Of a stretch of DNA of 64,000 nucleotides, positions 24,183 to 35,958 are shown piece after piece. A program made the translations under genes and the position numbers. The first letter of the stretch is position 1. Each line of letters opens with the position of its first letter. The stretch comes from Anthoceros angustus. Lineage: Eukaryota > Plantae > Anthocerotophyta. The notes beneath the pieces are model-generated. The model saw only the letters and a list, made by a program, of their open reading frames with translations, was not told where the DNA came from and did not search any database. The stretch spans positions 186,001 to 250,000 of the forward strand of contig MU008157.1 in NCBI GenBank assembly GCA_010909165.1. The letters run 5' to 3'.

Positions 24183-24935
24183 CGGTGGTGATAAGTAGGC
24201 CCTTTCTTATCCCCCATCACGAGATCCTTAGGTCAGTAGGTAGTTTTGAGAAAAGTGGTAGCGAGAGTTGGTTCCCCTTGGCCTTTGAGAAAAGTGGTAG
24301 CGAGAGTTGGTTCCCCTTGGCCTGGTGCCCTTTGTTGGGTTGACCCCTTTTTTTGGGTGTAGATGTATTTTTTCTATCTCTTTTCTTTCTACATAAAGTC
24401 TCTCCATTTCTTTAGAGTTTGTGAAAGGCATGACAAAATTCTCCTTAGGATGAGTTTTGCATAAAGGTGTAGAACATTTACAAGACAGTTTGGTATTTTT
24501 TAATGGCTTTGTTGTAGTTGACAAAATTCCTTCAAGACAAGAGTTATAGAATACTTTTTCGAAAAGTAGATCATACTTTTCGAAAGATATGACCTTCCTC
24601 GTGATACATCTCGTGTGTTTGAAAGCGTCATATACTTATATTACATTCTATCCTATCCTAGAAAACAGGTTTTTTTATCGCTCTAGTTCCACCTAGATGG
24701 TGTACGAATGTTTGTTTAGGTCGTTCTATCTAGTCCAGGATGGCCATGGATGTTTATGAATCTTTACGAGTGACCTTGTCTGTGACGAATCCGGGGCTTC
24801 GGTCTAGATATACCTATGCGGTATAGAAAGAAAGAAAGATGGTATACCATACGCTTACCAGCGCACTTGAGTCAGTGATCAAGTGCTTCTAAGCGGGCCT
24901 GGCTTGGTGAATTGAGTGACTGGCCGCGGACAGCT

Positions 24936-26963
24936 ATGGATGTGGAGGGGAACGTGGGGAATGACCAGGATGTCATCATCTTATCAGTGAAGCATGCCCA
25001 TGAGAACCTGCAAGTGAGGCTACCGGCAGCCGCCACTGTGATGCAGCTTATGCTGCGGCTGCAGGAGCTCACCAACATCGTGCCACGGGGCCAGAAGCTC
25101 ATTTGCAAAGGTCGGCCCTCTTGCGTGGCTTTTCTCATCATGGTGGTGGTCAATTAGGCTTCTAGTGCACATTTTCTGTCGGGTGACGAATTGCAAGGAG
25201 CGTGGGAATGAACATTATGGCAGGCAAAGTGCTGACGGGAGACATGATTTTGAGGAATGCTAATGTTACAAATGGGTCCAAGATCATGCTAATGCAGCTG
25301 CAAGGGTTTCAGCAGAAAGTGCAAAAGGTGGGTCTATGGTTTTCTGGTTTCGCTGGATAGGTGTAGGCAATCTCCATAGTTTCACTGTGACCATGGACAC
25401 TTGTGCCGTGGACATGCTGCAGGACACAGCAGCTCTGAACGAGCTTAAGCGGAAGGCTAGTCTCAAGTACAGTGCACGAGTACCCACTGTGTCCAAAGGG
25501 GCGGAGACATCCAGGGTGGACAATTGGAAAGCTACTGGCATTGTTTCTTGGCGGGATAGCGAGCTGCTGGTATGAACTTATTGCTGTCATGATTCCGCAC
25601 CAGTCTCTTGTCCACGGTGCCCTTACATGGGTGGTTGCAGATTTAACTTGTGAACATGCATGGGCTATCAGACGGTGCCGAGCGAAGCATGGACAGTGGG
25701 AGAGTCGGCAAGAATTATGGACATGTGCGGGAATCTACTGCAGGAGTTTCCTGAAAACGTTCTATCTCTCCCACGGTTGCAGGTGCTTCTCTTTCTCCTC
25801 TATCGGTCCAAGTGCTGGTTATGCTCAAAACCGCCTGTGGAGCGAGCGCTGACCTTCTGTGGCGCATGCTGGACCAGAAACTGAGGTTGAGCAACAATTG
25901 TCTGAAGGATGACAAGATTCATTGGAGGGCTCTAACGTCCTTGAAGCATTTGACTTTCTTGGCACTGGACAATAACCTGTAAGTTGTGACCTTATTAGGG
26001 TAACATCCAGGAGGCTGTAATGGTTGACAACTGTGGCCCTGTAACCTTTTTCGACGTACACTTTTGGTGTCCTTGGAAATTCAACAGGCTCACGAAACTC
26101 CCCCCTGAGTTGGGGCAGCTTTCAAGCATGAAGGAGTTGACTGTGTCTAGCAATGCACTAGCAGACTTACCGAAAGAGCTTGGACACCTTTTACATCTTG
26201 AAAGGCTTGCACTTAACAAGAATAGGTGAGCAATGCTTAAACTACACTTCAATGTTGCAAAAAAGGGGTGAATAGGCAGTGTTTGCAAATATTTGTGAAG
26301 TTCAGACATGATGTCTAAAGTGGCTTGGTGCAGCTTGACTGAGATACCTTCAGAACTGGGGAACTGTAAGCAACTGCAAGAGGTTAGTCTGCGTAGCTTG
26401 TGAGGCCGTTCCCTAACGTGCCAACCTGAAGGCTAACGGTGTGAATGCCCACCTAGATTGACCTTTCAGACAATCATCTGAAAATACTTCCAGCGTCCTT
26501 CTCGAAGCTTGAGAAACTCAAGGTAATGAACGATGATACACAAGTTCTGGTGTTGTGCGAGAGGGGTTTTTATTGGTGCAATCTACGTAACGTTCCACCC
26601 ACCATGTCTTTCCTGGCAGGTCCTACGTGTGGCAAACAATGCTCTGTCAAGCTTTGCCCCCGAGATACTGCTTGGTTGTGTGGAGCTTAACACTCTGTCC
26701 TTGCACGGAAATGAGGTCACTATTGAGAGCCTCCGCCAGGTAGAAACCGGATATGAGGGGCCTGAGCCTACAGTTTCCCTTCTTGACTTGTGCATCACCT
26801 GACTATGCAGTCCCTTTACCAACGGTTGGCGCAGGTGGAGGGCTGGCCTGAGTTCGACGAGCGGAGAAAATCCAAGTACTCAAAGCAGCTTGATTTCAAT
26901 GTCATCGGATCCTCCAGTGGCTTCGATGAAGGAGCCGACGCACAAGACTGGCACCACTGGTGA
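24936..26963 (+). CDS. Ubiquitin-like domain plus LRR protein (At2g30105-like, multi-exon)
   Basis: N-terminal UBL (IILSVKH...LQELTNIVPRGQKLICKG|KVL), WKATGIVS, LRR exons (LTKLPPELGQLSSMKELTVSSNALADLP) and C-terminal VEGWPEFDERRKSKYSKQLDF...FDEGAD. Confidence 0.9.
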
Positions 26964-27247
26964 ACTATGATGAGACTTCAGAAGTGTATGGGCACAAGTG
27001 ACCCGAAAGACGAACGATGTGTTATCATGTACTACCTAGCTGTTTTTTCTAATATACAGCTGTACGGTGTACACAGAGAATAAACACCAGCTCTCAATTA
27101 TAGATCATGCTTTTGTCCTTCTCCAGCTCCAGAAGCTAGTTGTCACCGTGTACTGAAAACTCATAAAACGCAAGACGTGGTTAGGGTTTGTCTTGCAAAC
27201 CGTCAAAGTTCCGTAGGAGCGGGCATCGCCGGCTATCAGCGGCCACC

Positions 27248-27733
27248 ATGGTCGAGAAAGGGAAGAAGCGACCAAACGAGGTCGTTACGCGGGAGTACAC
27301 CATCAATCTGCACAAGCGGCTACATGGCTGGTCTGTTTTTGTTGCCCAAATGATTTCCTTTTGTTCGCGGAATCTCGTTTGCAGCAGGTGGCAATTCATG
27401 CTGCAGTCTCCGGATGCCTGCTCGGTGCTGACATCCTGCCTGTCTGCTTGCAGCACCTTCAAGAAGATGGCCCCCAAGGCCGTGAAGGAGATCCGGAAGT
27501 TCGCGCAGAAGGCCATGGGAACCACCGACGTGAGGCTGGATGTGAAGCTGAACAAGCACATCTGGAGCCGGGGCGTGAGGAACGTGCCTACTCGAGTTCG
27601 TGTGCGCATCGCCAGGAAGCGCAACGACGACGAGGATGCCAAAGAAGAGCTGTACTCGTATGTCACAGCTGCTGAGGTGCCTCAGGCTGGGTTTTCCAAC
27701 CTGGGAACCAAGGTCGTGGAGGAGGAAGACTAG
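27248..27733 (+). CDS. RPL31: 60S ribosomal protein L31 (eL31); intron 27331-27453
   Basis: [17 protein letters not shown]|[46 protein letters not shown], with a GT...CAG intron. Confidence 0.98.
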   Translation: MVEKGKKRPNEVVTREYTINLHKRLHGWSVFVAQMISFCSRNLVCSRWQFMLQSPDACSVLTSCLSACSTFKKMAPKAVKEIRKFAQKAMGTTDVRLDVKLNKHIWSRGVRNVPTRVRVRIARKRNDDEDAKEELYSYVTAAEVPQAGFSNLGTKVVEEED

Positions 27734-28315
27734 AACCTCGTTTGTAGGACTGTGTGTCGTGGCCACTCAAATTTTTGTAGGATTATCAATTCTAACCAAT
27801 AGGCTTGGAATCCTGTCACAATTTTCAGCTTGTGCGCCTTCGTGCCATTCTGCCTCCGGCTTCGATGTTCCCCTAGTCTCCAAGGAGGATGCCAGAAGCG
27901 AAGTGTTGGCCTACTTCATAACCTGTGGAAAGGGTTTTTGCCACAGGGTTTAGAGAGACTAAACGGTAAGACTCCAGCTCACCATGCTGTCCCAGCAATT
28001 AGGGTCAGTGCGTTTGGGTCACGACGCGCGATTGTTCCAAGGTGAGCTTACCCGTGGACTGAGAGGGTCACGGACACTCGTTGGTTCTGTTCCCCTCTGA
28101 TCTTCGCTCCCTTTCATCGTTCGGTGAGGTTTTCGAAGTTCTAGTTGTGAACCAGACCTAGTTCGTTCAAACATGCGATACGGCTGGGAGGTATTTCGTC
28201 CATCATGTTGATACCAGCCACAATCGAGAAACAGACGAGAGAAAGCGGGAGCCGGGAAGGATTTTTGTTCCAAGGATCGGCCGCGCCGTAGGGCGAGGGG
28301 CCCTGTCTGCGCACC

Positions 28316-29637
<1,322 letters not shown>

Positions 29638-30549
29638 CCCACAGAGATTGAAGGTGGAGGAATCTACCTCTGCTGCTTTTGGTGCACTGTCAGCCCTGCG
29701 TCACTGTATTGGAATCCCTGCCTTTCTATTCACCCAGTGAGTTGATGTAGAGTTTGAGCGCTTGCCTTCATACGTGGAGACTCGCTGATGAGGGATGATG
29801 TTGCTCCGGCTTTACGGCAAGGTTGTTAGTCTGTATATGATAACGTGTATCAGGCAGACGTGCCTTGCGTTGCCTTCTTCTTGGCGAGTAACCTCTTACT
29901 GTCATCCTGCTGCAAAGCTCACTCTTTAAGTACTGCGGATCGCAGCAGGAAGACTCGGACACTCTGCACCGGATTTCAGGATCGACGGCTTTGTGAAGGC
30001 TATCTTGCTATTATAGAAAACTTTTTCTGAAGCCGTTACATCTCTCCCTATGGTGCAGGTTTTCCCTTTCTGTTATACTTTTGCATATATCAGATGGTTA
30101 GGCTGACAGCTAATTTGTGAAGCCAATACTGAACTGTTGTGGCACATGTTCGAGCACAGCCTCGAGCAACATTTGTATGAAAGATGCCAGGTTAGCTTGT
30201 GTAGCTTGTGACGTCGTTTACTTACATGTACATCCTTCTACCTTAAGGTTAAAACTGAACTCGAACAGAGACTACGATTGAGCATTTCACTGAAACATGA
30301 TACAGGTCAGTTTGTATAGCTTGTGACAGTCGTTCCCTTGCATGTATGGCCTTCTACTTCAGAATCCAAGGTGTAAACAATGGGAAGAAATAAGTGTCAT
30401 GTAGTTGTCTTTTGGATTTTGAGCTCACGATCCCAGTTTCGCGATGTCAGTTTGTGCAGGTAGGCTTCAGCTGTGGCAATGCATAGGCGAAGTTGCCTCT
30501 GAGATAAAACACTTGACTTTCCGGAGCTCATTATTCCTGGCATGGAGTC

Positions 30550-30667
30550 GAGCTTCCAACCTAGTACCTCCACGAGGTATACACTGGAGCTTCCAACCTA
30601 GTACCTCCACGAGGTATACACTCGAGCTTCCAACCTAGTACCTCCACGAGGTGTACACTCGAGCTTC
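30550..30667. repeat. 37-bp tandem repeat, 3 copies (GAGCTTCCAACCTAGTACCTCCACGAGGTATACACTC)
   Basis: Directly visible in the sequence. Confidence 0.92.
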
Positions 30668-32530
30668 AGGGATCGTTCTCCCGCACTTATTCCAGGTGCA
30701 TTGGACTTGGCATTATCTCATCGTACGTTCTTTGTCAACGGTGATGCAGGAGGGTCGGCTGAGTTCCCTGAGTCAAGAAAATCCACGTGTGCAAGGCAGC
30801 TTCGTTGTAATATCACTCGATCAGCAGTTCAATTGGCTTGCATGAAGGACCAGATGCTCGAGACTGGAAGTATTGGGGAATCTGACACTTGAATATACAC
30901 AAGCGGACACGTAGTGTCGTCCCAATGCAACCCACCTTTAATCAATCCCGAGGTGCATGATAGACAAAGCAGCAAGCTGGGCAGTGGTGAGAGCAAGAGG
31001 CAAACAGGGGGACGAGCATCAGCAGTCAGCAGCAAGCAGCTTCTACCAAAGATACCCTCCTAAACAGTCCAGAGGTCAGACCCTCCTCGATCACGGCAAT
31101 GTCGGTGTCGAGACTTGAAGTATTCCAACGGGCAAGTGAAATCCAGCTGAAAAGTGTGCACTTCCCTTTATCCACAGGAGAGTCGTAGTTGAGCTTCGCT
31201 CATCCTCTTACGTCAGCTCCAACCAGAGATAGCTGTGGACGAGTCCACTTTTGCTGCTTTTGGCGCATTTTGTCAGGGATGCCTCATTGTAGTGGAATGC
31301 CTTTATGTGCACACAGTGAGAAGATGAAGGGCTTTCGTTAGCCCATGGCAGCTAGCTGAAGCAAATTACCTTCCGACGACTTTACGGCTATGTTTATAAT
31401 ATGTGCGCAGCCAGGGGAAGCAAGGACTAGCAGACATACCTTGCGAGGTACCTATGCATGTCATCCTGCCGCGGAGGCTCTCATGTTCCAGGTACTGCCG
31501 GGTCCCAGCGGGGAGACAGTTTTTCAGGACACTTTACAGCGGATTGCACAGCAGTGATGGGTGGTGGACCATGTGAAGCTTGCGCATACCTTGTATCATC
31601 CGAGTGGAGGCGAACTTGAAAGCATGAGCATTTCAGCACTTTCCGTGAGCGCCAACACTTATTGTATGCGAAGCTTGCTGGCTTGCCTTGCTGGGTGTAC
31701 GTGGGCGCAAGTACATACCTGCGAGCGGGCCGCGGCAGCAACAGCTCACAACTACGTGCATCTGTCAAACACGAAGCCTGAAGTGTGAGGGCACCAGTTG
31801 CTTGCAGCTCCAGCCCCAGCTCCAGCACCAGGCTGGTTTGAATGCGATAAGTGGAGCAAGTCCATCTGCCACATCCCTGGCAAAGGCAGCATCAAACAAC
31901 AGTTGGCAGCTGACATGGAAAGAGCGGCCATAAGGAAATGCCGAGCCGGGCAGGGAGACGGAGAGCAGAGATGCGATGCTGCCATTATGAGAAACACAGG
32001 ATCTGGAATGAGCAGTGAATGTGACGCCGCCCCGCGTGGTGCGTGCGGCATGCGGTCCTCTTGCTGTGCGCATGCTTGCGAAGCAGGCGTGTCCTGTAGC
32101 ACGAGAAATCTGTGCTTTGTTGCCCCGCCATGATGATCCCTGCGGAGCAGGAGCGTGTTCCTGCCACTGGTGTTCGCGTGGCTCTTGGCCTCACGTGAAA
32201 TCGCTTTTTCTGGAAGCTTGTCCCGCACACCGCGTCAAACTAACAACTCTCCACAAGCCGCCAAAGTCTCCTCTAAACCTCAGGTGGTGGCAAATCAGGG
32301 ATAGCAAATTGTGGCAATACATAGCTTGTGTACTAGGTCAAACTCCACCCACTCCCATCTCACGCCCCACTCTCTTCATGCAAATCGTGTGGGAATTACA
32401 TTACTTCCTTTGCTCCCTTCAAATGTGCGTTCTCCCCCTTGTTACATAGCTATGGTTGTCTAAGTGCTCGGATACAATAGCTACATTAGCACCACAAGTT
32501 ACTAGCATGATAAGATTTTAGGAATCTAAG

Positions 32531-33874
32531 ATGTTTTGCAAATATAATACCAAAGGTTGGGGACATTATGTCATTGAGATCGATCTTCCTAAATACAATG
32601 GCGAAAGAAATCCTAGAGTGGTACAAAATTGGTTATGCAAGATGGAGCAATTTTTCGCAGTGAAGCTCACTCCTGACTGGCAAAGAGTTCCATTTGCTTC
32701 ATTTCACTTCACAGACTATGCACATACATGGTGGCGTTATGTCAAGATATGTGCAGCCAGAAGAGAAAGAGAACCCATTTGTACTTGGGCTCAATTTACA
32801 GAGGCAGTTTTGGATTTCTTCATGCCTTCTGAATATGTAGACAAAGCTAGGAGTGCCTTGGTTGCATTAAGAAGGTCACATTATCGCAGCTTGAGTAAGA
32901 TCTTTAATGATAGGCACCATGACGAAGATACTAGGGATTTGATTGCTCCAGATTTGAGAGGAGAGACTCCTGAGCCAGATGGGGAAGAGCTTGATGGTGA
33001 AGACATAGACGAATCAGATGCTTATTTCAATTTTCTCAATAAGGTAGCTAAGGATTATCAATCTAATATATGGGATAATATTGAACTTCCAAGCTATGGT
33101 GGAGAGAGAGATCCTGAGATATTTGATACATGGATAGATCGCATGGAGACATACTTGGATGCACTTGGCACATATGGTGCACAACGAATTCGATGTGCGT
33201 CCATGCAGTTGAAAGGAAGAGCATTCACTATATGGAGATATCGTGAAAGCACAGCTGATCACAGTGAAAGAGAACAGGTCACCTCGTGGAGAGAGTTCAA
33301 AATATACTTGCTAGAGAAGTGTCTTCCTAATTACACAGAGCAAGCGCGAAACGAGTTGTCTACCTTGAAACACACTAGGTCCATCAAAAAATATAATAGT
33401 AAATTTTGGGAGATTTCTATGAGGATACCATTGTTGTCTGAAGATGAAAAGGTAAAGAGATACATAAAAGGGTTGAAAAAGGAAGTCCAAGCAGATCTTT
33501 CTTATTCACGCCCACAATCATTGGATGATGCAATGCGACTTGCCTTTTTGTCTCAGTGTACACATAACAAAAAAATTATCGCACCCAAGGTCATCTCGCG
33601 TAGAGAGATGCACTTCAAGAAGAAGAAGGAAAAGAAACAAGAGCGAGCACCATTATCAAATCTTGGTGCAAACCTTTCAACTTCTTTGCCAGATTTCTTC
33701 CAGGATCTATTACCTCCTCTAGATTTTTCCTACCTCACTAGTGACAAGAAAATGCAACAATATGTGCAACGCATGGATAACATGGCGCACGATATTGAAA
33801 GCAAACCACAATTCATGAAACAAGATTTCAGGTTGGCAAGTATACGTGAAGATGTGGAAATTGACGGCAACTAA
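32531..33874 (+). CDS. Intact solitary Ty3/gypsy Gag-like protein with two tandem capsid N-terminal modules
   Basis: Uninterrupted 447-aa ORF containing LPKYNGERNP..NWL..MEQFF..ASFHFTDYAHTWW..TWAQF and LPSYGGERDP..TWI..METYL..ASMQLKGRAFTIW..SWREF..RYIKGL..SLDDAMRLA. No CCHC knuckle, and no pol or LTR recognisable nearby. Confidence 0.85.
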   Translation: MFCKYNTKGWGHYVIEIDLPKYNGERNPRVVQNWLCKMEQFFAVKLTPDWQRVPFASFHFTDYAHTWWRYVKICAARREREPICTWAQFTEAVLDFFMPSEYVDKARSALVALRRSHYRSLSKIFNDRHHDEDTRDLIAPDLRGETPEPDGEELDGEDIDESDAYFNFLNKVAKDYQSNIWDNIELPSYGGERDPEIFDTWIDRMETYLDALGTYGAQRIRCASMQLKGRAFTIWRYRESTADHSEREQVTSWREFKIYLLEKCLPNYTEQARNELSTLKHTRSIKKYNSKFWEISMRIPLLSEDEKVKRYIKGLKKEVQADLSYSRPQSLDDAMRLAFLSQCTHNKKIIAPKVISRREMHFKKKKEKKQERAPLSNLGANLSTSLPDFFQDLLPPLDFSYLTSDKKMQQYVQRMDNMAHDIESKPQFMKQDFRLASIREDVEIDGN

Positions 33875-34890
33875 TTTCATTATTTTTTTTGGGTGATTTC
33901 TATGTATAGGGTGTAATAAGAATATTCAACAATTTATGGATCTTTTGTACTACAATTGTTTTTAAATACTTTCTTCATTCAAAAATTCAATGTATTGAAA
34001 TATATATTTTGAAAGTGGACAAATATTATCAAAGATTTGAAATCATTGCACTCTTTTAAGGGAAGAATAATAATCCCATTACCTTCTTTTAACTGCACTA
34101 ATCTATTAGAGATTTGAAGAAAGTTTTCAAACTTTCTACCATAATACCCATAGTAATCGGGTCTTTTTGAGTGTTAGCAATACAAATCAAAGTTTCTATT
34201 TGATAATGATCATTAGTTGATTATTTTTCCTACCTAGTTCATTAGTACATATTTGAAAAGTTAGGATACTAGAAGCATTCTTCGTTTAGATAAATAAAAT
34301 AATGTTTTTTGTTTAAGTATAAACTCAAGGTTATAAGTTTTACATTTTTGTGTACCTATTCAAACTATCTTATTTGCCAAATAGGTTTATTGATTTGTTT
34401 CTTCTTTTCCTTGTAAAATATTTCTCATGTTTTGTGTCCGTGAGGGGGAGCAGTGCCTCTTTGTGAAAATAATAATAAATTTGAGATGATACTCAATAGA
34501 ATAAAAGAAGTCTGAAGATGATATAAATTGTAACTCCTTTTCAAGAAATGATATGTCGTTTGAATACATTGTTACATCTTCTTCTTATTCTCTTTTTTAC
34601 TCTATATAATGTAAGATTTGAGCTGGACTCTAGATTTGAAAACATACGGTTGTGAAATTTCATAAGTACTCTCTCCTTTTTAGACTATTGGGATATCTAC
34701 TGATATGTATTCTACTTATCATCATCATCTTCAAACTCGTGAAATATATTGGAGATTAGTTATGAGATTTTTGTGTTGAGTTAGTCTTGTGAAATCACAA
34801 AATGACGAGTTTCAAGAAAATGTTAGGTAGTATTGCAGATTAGTTATTAGATTTGGATTTTATGTTGGCTTAGTCTAGTGAAATCACAAA

Positions 34891-35958
34891 ATGACGAGTT
34901 TCAAGGAAATAGTGGATAGTATTGCACCAGAAAGTAGAGTAGATTTGAAACAAATGTTATGTTGTTGTGTTGCACCAAAAAGTAGTATAGATTCAATCAG
35001 AAAATTTTCTGAAGGAACTAATTTCTACCATTTGGAAGATAAGATAGGAGAAGGCGGGACTGCCACAGTGTGGAGGGCAACATATTTAGAAACTGATGAA
35101 ATTGTGGCCATAAAAGTAGTATACCTGGATAGAGATAAGCTTGACCTACAAAAACTTCACAATGAAACAAAAATAATGCAGCTTGTCCATCACCCTAATG
35201 TGTTAGGTTGTTATGCTTCCTTTGCAGTTGAGAGAACATTGTGGTTTGTTTTACCTTTTATGGCAGGTGGGTCTTGTAGCCTAATTTTAAAAGAAAATGA
35301 CAACAAGGGCTTTCCTGAACCAATTATTGCTACAATACTAAGAGACGTGTTGCAAGCACTAGAATACCTTCACTTAAAGGGCATTATACATCGAGATGTC
35401 AAAGGAGGCAACATCCTACTAGGTGGTAGAGGAGAAGTGAAGTTGGCAGACTTTGGATCAGCAGCATTGGCAAAACCCGGCGAAGGAGCCTTTTCCGAGT
35501 TCACAGGGTCTCTATGTTGGGTGGCTCCTGAGGTAATCCTACAACCCAAAGTACCCGCCTATGACTATAAAGCTGATTTATGGTCATTTGGCATCACAGC
35601 CATAGAACTAGCACAAGGGAAGCCTCCTGGGATAAACAAAGCCCCAACAGATCTTCTACAAGAGAGAGTCATAAACTCTCCTCCTCGACTAGAGGAAACA
35701 GAACTTTCCAAGTTCTCCTCAGAGTTCCAAGATATGTTACAACAATGTCTAATAAAGGAACCCCAAAACAGGTGCACAGCAAGTGCACTGCTGCGGCACC
35801 CATTCTTCAAGAAAGCACGATCCCATGACTACTTGGTGTCACACATCCTCAAGGACCTCCCTCCTCTGGAGCAAAGGTTCTTGAGGTCCCAGAAGTCCAA
35901 GGTGATTGAGAAGAGAGAGAAAGTGAGCAAGATAATAAGAAAAGCCAAGAGGAAGTAA
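34891..35958 (+). CDS. Intronless STE20/MAP4K-family Ser/Thr kinase (BLUS1/FRAY/OSR1-like)
   Basis: GEGGTATV, VAIK, PFMAGGSC, HRDVKGGNIL, DFG, WVAPE, YDYKADLWSFGITAIELAQG and C-terminal LLRHPFFKKARSHDYLV..LKDLPPL. Confidence 0.93.
   Translation: MTSFKEIVDSIAPESRVDLKQMLCCCVAPKSSIDSIRKFSEGTNFYHLEDKIGEGGTATVWRATYLETDEIVAIKVVYLDRDKLDLQKLHNETKIMQLVHHPNVLGCYASFAVERTLWFVLPFMAGGSCSLILKENDNKGFPEPIIATILRDVLQALEYLHLKGIIHRDVKGGNILLGGRGEVKLADFGSAALAKPGEGAFSEFTGSLCWVAPEVILQPKVPAYDYKADLWSFGITAIELAQGKPPGINKAPTDLLQERVINSPPRLEETELSKFSSEFQDMLQQCLIKEPQNRCTASALLRHPFFKKARSHDYLVSHILKDLPPLEQRFLRSQKSKVIEKREKVSKIIRKAKRK

Noticed and set aside
30400-32450. Possible gene between AUG2 and the Gag-like ORF
   Set aside because: Many short overlapping ORFs, but no recognisable domain or consistent exon chain.
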